This document shows positions 39,420 to 48,531 of a stretch of 64,000 bases of DNA, piece by piece (position 1 is the stretch's first letter; each line of letters opens with the position of its first letter). The DNA is from an uncultured Gemmatimonadales bacterium. GTDB taxonomy: Bacteria; Gemmatimonadota; Gemmatimonadetes; Longimicrobiales; Longimicrobiaceae. The stretch lies in assembly GCA_963716255.1 (NCBI GenBank), contig OY970303.1:7776001-7840000 (forward strand). Reading direction: 5' to 3'. Made by a program: the position numbers and the translations under genes. The notes beneath the pieces were generated by a model. It searched no databases, was not told where the DNA came from, and saw only the letters and a program-made list of their open reading frames with translations.

Positions 39420-40418
39420 ATGCCGCCGTTCACGCCGCGCCCCTTCCGCCCCGCGCCGGGGCTGGCCAACCCCCACGCGCAGACCATCGGCGGGCGCTGG
39501 CTGCGCCCGCGCGACCCGCTCCCGCTGCGGCGCGAGCGCGTGGACACGCCCGACGGCGACTTCCTGGACCTGGACTTCGGCGAGGCGCCGGAGGGGTCGT
39601 GGAATTCGTCCGCCGCCCCCGTCGTCGTGATCCTGCACGGGCTGGAGGGTTGCTCGCAGTCGGGGTACGTCCTCCAGACCATGCGCGAGCTGGCGGCGCG
39701 CGGCGTCCGCGCCGCCGCCCTGAACTTCCGCACCTGCGGCGGCGAGCCCAACCGGCTGGCGCGCTTCTACCACTCCGGCGAGACCGGCGACCTGGGCTTC
39801 GTGCTGCGCCTGCTGGCCGAGCGCTGGCCGGACGCCCCGCTGGGCGCCGTGGGGTTCTCGCTGGGCGGCAACGTGCTCCTCAAGTACCTGGGCGAGTGCG
39901 GCGAGGGCGCGCTCCCGCGCGCGGCGGTGGCCGTTTCCGTCCCCTTCGACCTGGCGGCCGGGGCCGCCAGCATGGAGCGCGGGATGGGCCGCGTCTACAC
40001 CGCCCGCTTCCTGCGCACCCTGCGCGGCAAGTTCGAGAGCAAGCGCCCGCTCATCGGCGACGCGGTGGACGGGCGCCGCGTGCTGGCGGCGCGCACCTTC
40101 CGCGAGTTCGACGACGCGGCCACCGCCCCGCTGCACGGCTTCCGCGACGCGGACCACTACTACGCCGCGTCCAGCTCGGCCCGCTACCTCGCCGGCATCC
40201 GCGTCCCCACGCTGCTGCTCCACTCCGCCGACGACCCCTTCCTCCCCGCCGACGCCGTCCCCCGCGCCGCCGCCCGCGACAACCCCTTCATCACCGCCGC
40301 CTTCACCGAGCACGGCGGCCACGTCGGCTTCGTCGCCGGCACGCCGTGGGCGCCCCAGTTCTGGGCGGAGGCCGAGGCCGCCCGCTTCCTGGGGGAGCAG
40401 CTGGCGGGCGCGGGCTGA
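39420..40418 (+). CDS. YheT family alpha/beta hydrolase
   Basis: NPHAQT, PDGDFLDLD, LHGLEG, YHSG.T.D, GFSLGG, DDPF, GGHVGF. Confidence 0.9.
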   Translation: MPPFTPRPFRPAPGLANPHAQTIGGRWLRPRDPLPLRRERVDTPDGDFLDLDFGEAPEGSWNSSAAPVVVILHGLEGCSQSGYVLQTMRELAARGVRAAALNFRTCGGEPNRLARFYHSGETGDLGFVLRLLAERWPDAPLGAVGFSLGGNVLLKYLGECGEGALPRAAVAVSVPFDLAAGAASMERGMGRVYTARFLRTLRGKFESKRPLIGDAVDGRRVLAARTFREFDDAATAPLHGFRDADHYYAASSSARYLAGIRVPTLLLHSADDPFLPADAVPRAAARDNPFITAAFTEHGGHVGFVAGTPWAPQFWAEAEAARFLGEQLAGAG

Positions 40419-40434
40419 GCCCCGCCGCGCCGCC

Positions 40435-41295
40435 TCAGAACCCGGACCTCCGCTCCTCCGCCGTGGGATCCATGCTGTCCGGCATCCCCAGCTCCCCCTC
40501 CTCGAAGTACAGCTCGCGCCCGCCCCGCACCCTCGCCTCCAGCGGCCGTCCGCCCGCGACGCGGAACCGGGCCGCCGCCTCCTCGCCCGCCCGGAGCCGC
40601 CCGGCCGGCGTGTTGCGCCGTCCCGCGAAGACCACCTCCACCCCCTTTTCCAGCTCCGCGTCCGTGAACGCGTGCCCGGCCACCGTCACCGGGAGCACCT
40701 GGTCGAAGTCCGGCGGCCGGGTGATGGCGTGCGCCATGAACAGTTCGCCGCCCCTGCCGAACAGGATGTAGGTGAGCGTGTCGCGCGCCGCGTCCGAAGG
40801 GTGGAACTGGTGGAGGTGGACGATCCTCCGCACCTTCACCGTGGCGCGATCGAGCCCCGGGACCGGCACGCCGCCCCGCTCCAGGTGTCCCCGGAACGCC
40901 GTCGCCGGGAAGCTGGGCAGGACCGGCCGTCCGGCGCGCGACACCGTTTCGTTGATCCTCTCGGGGAGGACGAAGAGCTCCGCGGGCATCACCGTGTACA
41001 TCCGCTCCGCGGCGTGGCTCCGGCGGTCGTCCGTGTAGAGCCGCGTCACGTCGCGGCCGTTCTTCTCGAAGCCCACCTCCAGGATCACCTGGTAGCGGTG
41101 CTCGGTGGCGTACTCCGTTCCGGAGCTGTCCAGCCTCACGAACATGGGGAGGTGGGAAAGGAAGACCGTCTTCTCCCCCACCATCAGCATGTTGTGCCTC
41201 CCCGGCGGGTCCGGGGCCCGGGGCGTCGCCGCATATCCCGCGGCCGCGGCCAGCGGAAGCACGGCCGCGATCCACGTCCATGGTCTGGTCCTCAT
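40435..41295 (-). CDS. Secreted hypothetical protein
   Basis: Signal peptide and GGAGG RBS; HNML.VG..VFLSHLPMF..H.YQVIL, MAH.I..PDFDQ. Confidence 0.75.
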   Translation of the reverse strand: MRTRPWTWIAAVLPLAAAAGYAATPRAPDPPGRHNMLMVGEKTVFLSHLPMFVRLDSSGTEYATEHRYQVILEVGFEKNGRDVTRLYTDDRRSHAAERMYTVMPAELFVLPERINETVSRAGRPVLPSFPATAFRGHLERGGVPVPGLDRATVKVRRIVHLHQFHPSDAARDTLTYILFGRGGELFMAHAITRPPDFDQVLPVTVAGHAFTDAELEKGVEVVFAGRRNTPAGRLRAGEEAAARFRVAGGRPLEARVRGGRELYFEEGELGMPDSMDPTAEERRSGF

Positions 41296-41634
41296 CGTTC
41301 CCTCCTCCGGTTCACGGCGTGTCACCCGGTCGTAACGGATCCCCCACGCGGGCATAAAACGCACCCCGTGCCAGGTGTTTATCCGCATCCACAAACGCTT
41401 GCGGCGGCTGGGTTTGCGGATTTCGCGCCCGCCTCGTCCCGTATCGGTGCGCGGGAGTGCGGCGCGGACGGGGCAGCACCGGGACAGGCGTGCCCCGGTG
41501 CGTGGTACGGGCTTCGCAGGGAGAACGGAACACGAAGACCGGGGACCGGCGGAGCATGGGGCGGAGCCGGCGCGCGGGGGCCGCAGGTGCAGGCCCGAGA
41601 ACACGATACGAGGTACGAAATGGACGGAGGACCC

Positions 41635-42483
41635 ATGCCGGAAGAGATCGTGGTTCCCGAAGAGCGCCCCGAGTACGGGCGCACGGTGCCCGACCGCCTG
41701 TCGCACCGGGTGGTGCTGAACGTGCCCAGCCGCAGCAACCCCAAGCTCGCCCGGCTGATCGAGGCGATCAACGCGGACGACGAGCTGTACGGGCTGTGGA
41801 CCGCCGCCAACGTCAACGCCGTCGAGCGGCTGGGGATGACGGACCACGGCCCGGTGCACGTCAAGATCGTGATGAACATCGGGGCCAAGCTGCTGCGCCT
41901 GCTGGTGGAGGCCGGGGTGGAGCCGGGGGTGGTCGCCAACTACGGCATGGAGGTGCAGGACGCCGAGGTGGTGGTGGCGCTCGCCTGCCTCTTCCACGAC
42001 CTGGGGATGAGCATCAGCCGCAAGGACCACGAGACGTACTCGCTGTTCGTGGCGCAGGGAAAGCTCAAGGAACTCCTCGCGGACGTGTACGACGTGGGCA
42101 CCGCCACGGTGGTCCGCTCCGAGGTGCTGCACGCCATCATCGCGCACCGGGCCGGCGGGCACCCGCTGACGCTGGAGGCGGGGATCGTGCGCGTGGCCGA
42201 CGCGCTGGACATGGCCAAGGGGCGCTCGCGCATCCCCATGTCGGGCGGCTCCATGAGCATCCACTCCATCTCCGCCGCCGCGATCGAGGCGGTGCACCTG
42301 GAGGCGGGGCAGGGGAAGCCCATCCGCCTGCGCATCGAGATGTCCAACTCGGCGGGGGTGTTCCAGCTGGACCAGCTGTTCCGCGAGAAGCTGGCGGGGA
42401 GCGGGCTGGAGCCCTACGTGGAGGTGGAAGCGCACATCGAGGGCGAGGCCGAGAAGCGGCTGTTCACCGCGTACCGGCTTTGA
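41635..42483 (+). CDS. HD-superfamily phosphohydrolase (COG3294-like)
   Basis: DHGPVH, FHDLG, R.DH, H...AH, VADALD; GGAGG RBS. Confidence 0.85.
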   Translation: MPEEIVVPEERPEYGRTVPDRLSHRVVLNVPSRSNPKLARLIEAINADDELYGLWTAANVNAVERLGMTDHGPVHVKIVMNIGAKLLRLLVEAGVEPGVVANYGMEVQDAEVVVALACLFHDLGMSISRKDHETYSLFVAQGKLKELLADVYDVGTATVVRSEVLHAIIAHRAGGHPLTLEAGIVRVADALDMAKGRSRIPMSGGSMSIHSISAAAIEAVHLEAGQGKPIRLRIEMSNSAGVFQLDQLFREKLAGSGLEPYVEVEAHIEGEAEKRLFTAYRL

Positions 42484-42512
42484 AAAGATCAACGGCTCTG
42501 AGCTGCGGGTTT

Positions 42513-42641
42513 GGGCGTGCCCCCGGCTGCGCCGGGGTCGGGCTTCGGCTCCGTAGGCGAGCAAACGACGCTCGCCAACGGAGTCGAGCCCCGGCAAACC
42601 GCCGCCGGGTCTCGCCCCTGCGGGCCGGAATCCCTCACGCG
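42513..42641 (+). repeat. Structured repeat family A, copy A4
   Basis: Inner stem GGCGAGC/GCTCGCC. Confidence 0.95.
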
Positions 42642-42651
42642 ACGGCAGGCC

Positions 42652-42802
42652 CCCTCCCCCCGGCCCCCTCCCCCGCAAGCGGGAGAGGGGGAGAACTACA
42701 CCGGGACCGCAGTGGGTGCCCTCCCCCAGAATGGGGCTTCACGCTCCGCGTGGACCGGATGAAGGACCCGGGTGGCGAGCCTCCAGCGAGCCGGGCGAGG
42801 GT
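42652..42802 (+). repeat. Composite of repeat families E and D, with D interrupted by a ~33-bp insert
   Basis: E at 42652-42696; D halves at 42719-42736 and 42770-42802. Confidence 0.75.
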
Positions 42803-42805
42803 GTC

Positions 42806-43276
42806 GTGAGCGGGCTGCGGCGCGTCGTCTCCGGCGGGCAGACCGGCGTGGACCGGGCCGCGCTGGACGCGGCGATGGAGGCCGGGCTGGAGGTGGGGGG
42901 GTGGTGCCCGGCGGGTCGGCGCGCGGAGGACGGGCGCGTCCCGGACCGCTACCCGCTGCGCGAGACGCCGTCCGCGGAGCCGGCCGAGCGGACCGCGTGG
43001 AACGTGCGCGACGCGGACGGCACGCTGGCCATCTTCATCGGGCCGCTGCGGGGGGGGACGGAGCTGGCGGTGCAGACGGCGCACCGCCTGGGGAAGCCGC
43101 TGCTGGTGGTGGACCTGGCCCGCCCCGCCGACCCGGCGGAGGTGGCGCGCTGGATCGCGGTGTTCGACATCCGCACGCTGAACGTGGCCGGGCCGCGGGA
43201 GGGCGAGTCGCGCGGCATCTACCGGCGGGCGCTGCCGCTGCTGCGCGGCGTCTTCGGGCTGCCGGAGGCGCCGTGA
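42806..43276 (+). CDS. Putative molybdenum carrier / circularly permuted YpsA SLOG protein
   Basis: VSGGQTGVDRAALD, GGWCP.GR.AEDG, RT.WNVRDADGT, GGT, LNVAGPRE. Confidence 0.85.
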   Translation: MSGLRRVVSGGQTGVDRAALDAAMEAGLEVGGWCPAGRRAEDGRVPDRYPLRETPSAEPAERTAWNVRDADGTLAIFIGPLRGGTELAVQTAHRLGKPLLVVDLARPADPAEVARWIAVFDIRTLNVAGPREGESRGIYRRALPLLRGVFGLPEAP

Positions 43277-44127
43277 CGCGCGTGCTGGTGACCGGCGGCG
43301 GCGGGCTGCTGGGGGGCGCGCTCCTCCGCTCCGCGCCGCCCGAATTGGAGCTTCACTGCACGGTGCGGCGCGCACCCGCGGGCGGGGCGGCCGTGCACGG
43401 CGTGGACCTCGCCGACGCGCAGGGGGTGGCGCGCACCTGGGCGCGGGTGCGGCCGGAGGTGGTGATCCACACCGCCTTCGACCCCGCCGCGGGCGAGCGC
43501 GAGGTGCGGGCCGCGCACGCCAACGTGGCGCGCGCCTGCCGCGAGGCGGGCGCGGCGCTGCTGCACGTGAGCACCGACGCGCTCCTGGACGGCGCCCGCG
43601 CCCCCTACGACGAGCGCGCGGAGCCCGCGCCCGTGCACGAGTACGGGCGCCTCAAGGCGCTCGCCGAGGCCGCCGTGCGCGAGGCGTGCCCCGGCGCGGC
43701 GCTGGTGCGCACCTCGCTCCTCCTGCGCGCCGACCCGCCCGACCGCACCACCGGCTGGGTGGTGGACTCTCTCCGCCGCGGCGAGCCGGTGCGCCTGTTC
43801 ACCGACGAGCTGCGCTGCCCCATCGCCGCCGCCGACCTGGCCGCGCAGCTGTGGGAGCTGGCCGCGCTCCCGCCGGGCGAGCACGCCGGCGTGTGGAACC
43901 TGGTGGGCCCGGAGGCGCTGAGCCGCTACGCCCTGGGCCTGCTGATCGCCGCGCGCTTCGGCCTGGACCCGCGCGGCCTGGTCCCCACCCCGAGCGGCGC
44001 CTCCCCCGGGCCGCGCCCCCGCGACCTGCGCATGACCGCCGCCCGCGCCGACGCCGCGCTCCGCACCCGCGCGCGCGGCGCGAGCGAGGTGCTCGCGCCG
44101 CCGTCGCCCGGAAGCGCGGCCGGCTAG
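43273..44127 (+). CDS. RmlD-like (dTDP-4-dehydrorhamnose reductase family) SDR
   Basis: VLVTGGGGLLG, VIHTA, HVSTD, YGRLK, FTDE.RCP. Confidence 0.88.
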   Translation: MTRVLVTGGGGLLGGALLRSAPPELELHCTVRRAPAGGAAVHGVDLADAQGVARTWARVRPEVVIHTAFDPAAGEREVRAAHANVARACREAGAALLHVSTDALLDGARAPYDERAEPAPVHEYGRLKALAEAAVREACPGAALVRTSLLLRADPPDRTTGWVVDSLRRGEPVRLFTDELRCPIAAADLAAQLWELAALPPGEHAGVWNLVGPEALSRYALGLLIAARFGLDPRGLVPTPSGASPGPRPRDLRMTAARADAALRTRARGASEVLAPPSPGSAAG

Positions 44128-45734
44128 GCCGACGGCAGCGCCAGCGTGAAGGTCGCCCCTTTGCCCGGGGCACTCGTCACCGTGATCTCGCCGCCCATGG
44201 CACGGGCCAGGTCGCGGCTGATCGCCAGCCCCAGCCCGGTGCCCTCGTGCCCGCTGGTGAGCGAGCGGCCGAGCTGCACGAACGGCTCGAAGATCCCCTT
44301 CTGCAGCTCCGGCGGGATTCCCGGCCCGGTGTCCGCCACGGTGACCACCACCCGCTCGCCCGCGGTCCCGCAGCCCACCGTCACGCGGCCTCCGTGCGGC
44401 GTGAACTTCACCGCGTTCCCGAGCAGGTTCAGCACGATCTGCTCCGCCTTGCCGCGGTCGGTCCGCGCGGCGATCCCCTCCGGGCACGGGCCGTGGACCA
44501 GGGTCAGCCCCTTCGCCAGCGCCTGCGGCTCCACCATGGGGAGCACGCCGTCCACCAGCGCGTGCACGGGCACGGGCGCCAGGTCGTACTCCACCTGTCC
44601 CGCCTCGATCCGGCTGTAGTTGAGCAGGTCCGAGATGATCCGCAGCAGGTGCTCCTGGCTCCCGCGGATGCGCGCCAGGTAGTCGTGCTGCTGCTCGGTG
44701 ACGGGACCGCCGATCCCCATCTCGATGAGCTCCGTGTAGCCCAGCGTGGCGTTGATCGGCGTGCGGAGCTCGTGCGACATCGCCGCCAGGAACTCGCTCT
44801 TGGTGCGGCTCGAGGCCTCCACCTCCGCGAGCCGCCGCGCGTCGGCGATGGCCCGCTCCTGGGCGGCCCGGCGCTCCGTCAGGTCGCGCGTCACCTTGGC
44901 GAAGCCGATGAGCTTTCCGTTGTTCCCGCGCAGGGCCGTGATCAGCACGCTCGCCCAGAAGCACGAGCCGTCCTTCCGCACCCGCCACCCCTCCTCCTCG
45001 TACTTTCCCTCCCGGATCGCGATCTCCAGCTCCAGCCGGGTCTTGCCGGCGGCCACGTCCGCGGCCGGGTAGAAGGTGGAAAAGTGCCGCCCGACGATCT
45101 CCTCGGCCGTGTAGCCCTTGATGCGCTGGGCGCCCTCGTTCCAGCTCATCACCCGGCCCCGGGGGTCCAGCATGAAGATGGCGTAGTCCCTGACGCCGTG
45201 CACCAGCACCCGGAAGCGCTCCTCGCTCTCGCGAAGCCTTTCCTCGGCGTGGCGGCGCTCCGTGAGGTCGCGCGTGACCTTGGCGAAGCCGACGAGGGCG
45301 CCGGTCTCGTCGCGGAGCGCGGTGATGACCACGTTGGCCCAGAATCGCGACCCGTTCTTGCGGATGCGCCACCCCTCGTCCTCGACCCGGCCGTCGCGGG
45401 CGGCGTCGACCAGCTCGCGCGCCGGCTTCCCGGACGAGACGTCCCTGGGCGGGTAGAAGGCCGTGAAGTGCCGCCCGATGATCTCCTCGGGCCTGTAGCC
45501 CTTGAGGCGCTGGGCCCCCGCGTTCCAGCTCAGGATGATCCCGTCCGGGTCCAGCGCGAAGATGGCGTAGTCCTGCACGCTGTCCACGAGCAGCCGGTAG
45601 AGCCCGGCGCCTTCGACCGCCCGGCTCGCCGGTGCCCCCGCGAAGGCGGCGGCGTCGCTCTCGGCCACCGAGCGCAGGACTCCGAGGGGGGTGGCCCGCT
45701 GGGGCCGGTCCGCGGCGGCATCGGGTGAGGTCAT
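44124..45734 (-). CDS. Cytoplasmic PAS-PAS sensor histidine kinase
   Basis: Two DYAIF.LD/WN.GA/FAKVTRDLTER PAS-PAC repeats; SHELRTP, NLLGNAVKFT, DTGPGI, GTGLGL. Confidence 0.95.
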   Translation of the reverse strand: MTSPDAAADRPQRATPLGVLRSVAESDAAAFAGAPASRAVEGAGLYRLLVDSVQDYAIFALDPDGIILSWNAGAQRLKGYRPEEIIGRHFTAFYPPRDVSSGKPARELVDAARDGRVEDEGWRIRKNGSRFWANVVITALRDETGALVGFAKVTRDLTERRHAEERLRESEERFRVLVHGVRDYAIFMLDPRGRVMSWNEGAQRIKGYTAEEIVGRHFSTFYPAADVAAGKTRLELEIAIREGKYEEEGWRVRKDGSCFWASVLITALRGNNGKLIGFAKVTRDLTERRAAQERAIADARRLAEVEASSRTKSEFLAAMSHELRTPINATLGYTELIEMGIGGPVTEQQHDYLARIRGSQEHLLRIISDLLNYSRIEAGQVEYDLAPVPVHALVDGVLPMVEPQALAKGLTLVHGPCPEGIAARTDRGKAEQIVLNLLGNAVKFTPHGGRVTVGCGTAGERVVVTVADTGPGIPPELQKGIFEPFVQLGRSLTSGHEGTGLGLAISRDLARAMGGEITVTSAPGKGATFTLALPSA

Positions 45735-45872
45735 GTTCTCTCGGGGTCGGGCGTGCGGTGCGCCGGGCTCGCGGGCGCGTCCATGCAGAATATTACACAG
45801 GCCGCAGCTGTCGCTGCAAACGCGGGGCCGGCACGGACCCGGCGGGTTTCCCGCGGACGCCAGTGCGATGCA

Positions 45873-46001
45873 CGCGTGAGGAATTTCGGCCCGAAGGGGC
45901 GAGACCGCGAGGCTGTTTGCGCGGGCTCGACTCCGTTGCAAACGGTAGTATCGTTTGCTACGGAGCCGAAGCCCGACCCCGGCGCAGCCGGGGGCACGCC
46001 C
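45873..46001 (-). repeat. Structured repeat family A, copy A5
   Basis: Inner stem GCAAACG/CGTTTGC, loop ATACTAC. Confidence 0.95.
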
Positions 46002-46151
46002 AAACCCGAAGTGTACGGTGTCCCGAAATCACTAGCGGACAAAACCGCCACCGGCTAGACTAGGGAAGGCAGAAACGCCCGGATTTCCGAACCCCGCCAC
46101 CGGCCGGAGCCATTCCCGCCGGTGTGGCTATTTGTACCAGGAGATGCAACC

Positions 46152-47615
46152 ATGCCCGATGCACCCCGCGTCCGCTTCGCCCCCAGCCCCACCGGCTACC
46201 TCCACGTGGGCGGCGCGCGCACCGCGCTCTTCAACTGGCTCTTCGCCCGCGGCACCGGCGGCGTGTTCGTGCTGCGCATCGAGGACACCGACCGCGAGCG
46301 CTCCAGCGACGAGATGACGCAGGCCATCCTGGACGGCATGGGGTGGCTGGGGCTGGACTGGGACGAGGGCCCCTTCCACCAGGCGGACGGCTTCGACCGG
46401 CACCGCGCCGACTGCCTGCGCCTGCTGGGCGAGGGCAGGGCGTACCGCTGCTTCTGCACGGCGGAGGAGCTCCGGGCGCGCCGCGAGGCCGCGGAGGGGC
46501 GCCAGGAGGAGTTCCGCTACGACCGCACCTGCCTGCGCCTGGACCCCGCCGAGTCGGAGCGGCGCGCGGCGGCGGGGGAGGCGTTCACCCTGCGCTTCCG
46601 GGTGCCGGAGGGAGCCACGGAGTGGGACGACGTGGTGCACGGCGCCACGCGCTTCCGCAACGAGGACATCGAGGACTTCATCGTCCTGCGCTCCGACGGC
46701 ACCCCCATCTACAACCTCGCGGTGGTGTCGGACGACATCGAGATGCGCATCACCCACGTGATCCGCGGCGACGACCACATCTCCAACACCCCCAAGCAGA
46801 TCCTGCTGTACCGGGCGCTGGGCGCCGCGGTGCCGGCGTTCGCGCACGTCCCCATGATCCTGGGGCCGGACGGCAAGCGCCTTTCCAAGCGCCACGGGGC
46901 CACGGCCGTGGGCGAGTACGCGGGGCAGGGGATCCTCGCCTCGGCGATGGTCAACTTCCTGGCGCTGCTGGGGTGGAACCCCGGCGACGACGAGGAGGTG
47001 ATGCTCCCGGCGGACCTGGTGGGGCGCTTCTCGCTGGAGCGCATCAACCGGAAGAGCGCGGTGTTCGACACGGACAAGCTGCTGTGGATGAACGGGCGGC
47101 ACCTGTCGCTCACCGCCGCGGGCGACCTGCTCCCGCTGGTGTCCCCGGCGCTGGTGGAGGCGGGGCTGCTCGCGGAGCAGGAGGTGGAGGCGCGGCACGA
47201 CTGGCTGTGCGGCCTGGTGGACCTGCTGAAGACGCGGGTGCGCACCACGGGCGAGCTGGCGGAGCAGCTGCGCACGTACCTGGCGCCGGAGATCGAGTAC
47301 GAGGAGGCGGCGGCCGCCAAGCACTGGAAGGACTCGGACGCGGTGGCCGCGCGCCTGGAGGTGACGCGCGACGCGCTGCTGGCGGCGGAGCCCTGGGAGC
47401 CGGCGGCGCTGGAGGAGGCGCTGCGCGGGGTGGCGGAGCGGGAGGGGGTCGCGTTCGGCAAGGTGGTGCACCCGCTGCGGCTCGCGCTGACGGGCTCCTC
47501 GGCCAGCCCGGGAATCGACGCCGTGGTCGCCGCAATGGGCAGGAATCTCACCACTCAAAGGTTGAACGCGGCTGTTACACGGCTCCGCTCGGCGGGCTCC
47601 CATCAAGAGCGTTGA
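46152..47615 (+). CDS. gltX: Glutamate--tRNA ligase
   Basis: RFAPSPTGYLHVGG, RIEDTD, THVIRGDDH, RLSKRHG, anticodon-domain HPLRLALTG. Confidence 0.97.
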   Translation: MPDAPRVRFAPSPTGYLHVGGARTALFNWLFARGTGGVFVLRIEDTDRERSSDEMTQAILDGMGWLGLDWDEGPFHQADGFDRHRADCLRLLGEGRAYRCFCTAEELRARREAAEGRQEEFRYDRTCLRLDPAESERRAAAGEAFTLRFRVPEGATEWDDVVHGATRFRNEDIEDFIVLRSDGTPIYNLAVVSDDIEMRITHVIRGDDHISNTPKQILLYRALGAAVPAFAHVPMILGPDGKRLSKRHGATAVGEYAGQGILASAMVNFLALLGWNPGDDEEVMLPADLVGRFSLERINRKSAVFDTDKLLWMNGRHLSLTAAGDLLPLVSPALVEAGLLAEQEVEARHDWLCGLVDLLKTRVRTTGELAEQLRTYLAPEIEYEEAAAAKHWKDSDAVAARLEVTRDALLAAEPWEPAALEEALRGVAEREGVAFGKVVHPLRLALTGSSASPGIDAVVAAMGRNLTTQRLNAAVTRLRSAGSHQER

Positions 47616-47640
47616 CACGGGGGGGGACCACTCCTAAGTT
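47612..47640 (+). promoter_or_regulatory. Putative lexA promoter TTGACA-N17-TAAGTT
   Basis: The -35 element contains the gltX TGA stop. Confidence 0.65.
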
Positions 47641-47797
47641 GCGGCGGGAGAGGGTTTACAGAAGGAACGGAATGCGGTTTCTGCTCCATCTGTACGTAGC
47701 AGCGGGGAAGGAATGCGCCGGGCAAGTCGTCCTGCGCCGCTGAAACGTCCGACTCGGGATCCGACACGGAGCCGGCCACGAACAAGGGGAGGCAGTC

Positions 47798-48454
47798 ATG
47801 CCTGAACCACTGAGCAAGATCGAGAAGCGGATCCTGAACTACCTGGTGGACTACCTCCGGCAGCACACCTACCAGCCCAGCATACGCGAGATCGGGAAGC
47901 GCTTCGGGATCAAGTCCACCAAGACCGTCTCGGAGCACCTCCAGGCGCTCGCGGACAAGGGATACATCGAGCGGGACGCGTCCCGCTCGCGCGGGGTGAA
48001 GATCCTGGGGATGAACCTGGCCCCGGACATGGTGAGCATCCCCAACTACGGCAAGATCGCGGCGGGTCGCCCGGCGCTCCTGCGCGAGAACGTGGCGGAG
48101 GAATACCAGCTGGACCGCAAGCTCGCCGGCTCGGCGGACTCGTTCTTTTTGGAGGTGCAGGGCGACAGCATGCAGGGGATGGGGATCCTCCCCGGCGACC
48201 TGGCGCTGGTGGAGCCCATGGAGGAGAGCAACATCGAGAACGGCGAGATCGTGGCCGCGCGGGTGGACGGCGGCGCCACGGTGAAGCGCTACTTCGCCAA
48301 CGGAGGCCAGGTGGTGCTGGAGCCCGCCAACACCAACTACGCCCCCATCCTGGTGCACGAGCACAACGACTTCACGGTCCTGGGCCGCGTGACGGGCCTG
48401 TTCCGGCGCTTTACGCGCGAGCACACGGAAGCTATCGTGACGGGAGCGCACTGA
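47798..48454 (+). CDS. lexA: SOS repressor LexA
   Basis: PSIREI HTH, cleavage site IAAG, catalytic GDSM and ATVKR. Confidence 0.95.
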   Translation: MPEPLSKIEKRILNYLVDYLRQHTYQPSIREIGKRFGIKSTKTVSEHLQALADKGYIERDASRSRGVKILGMNLAPDMVSIPNYGKIAAGRPALLRENVAEEYQLDRKLAGSADSFFLEVQGDSMQGMGILPGDLALVEPMEESNIENGEIVAARVDGGATVKRYFANGGQVVLEPANTNYAPILVHEHNDFTVLGRVTGLFRRFTREHTEAIVTGAH

Positions 48455-48476
48455 GCGGCGGACCTCCGTCGGTACC

Positions 48477-48518
48477 AGGGGGACCCCGGCGGCTGCGCCG
48501 GGGTCCCCCTTTCCTTTT
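48477..48518 (+). terminator. Rho-independent terminator
   Basis: agggggaccccggc...gccggggtccccct followed by ttcctttt. Confidence 0.75.
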
Positions 48519-48531
48519 CCGGAGGATGTGC

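Noticed and set aside
42511..42762. Short ORFs reading through the repeats (MGVPPAAPGSGFGSV..., GPLRS..ILP)
   Set aside because: They are translations of the repeat DNA with variable lengths and no RBS. The variation preserves base pairing rather than codons.
47798..48454. lexA as a prophage CI-like repressor
   Set aside because: Canonical LexA features in a housekeeping context (gltX, tadA), with no phage genes nearby.
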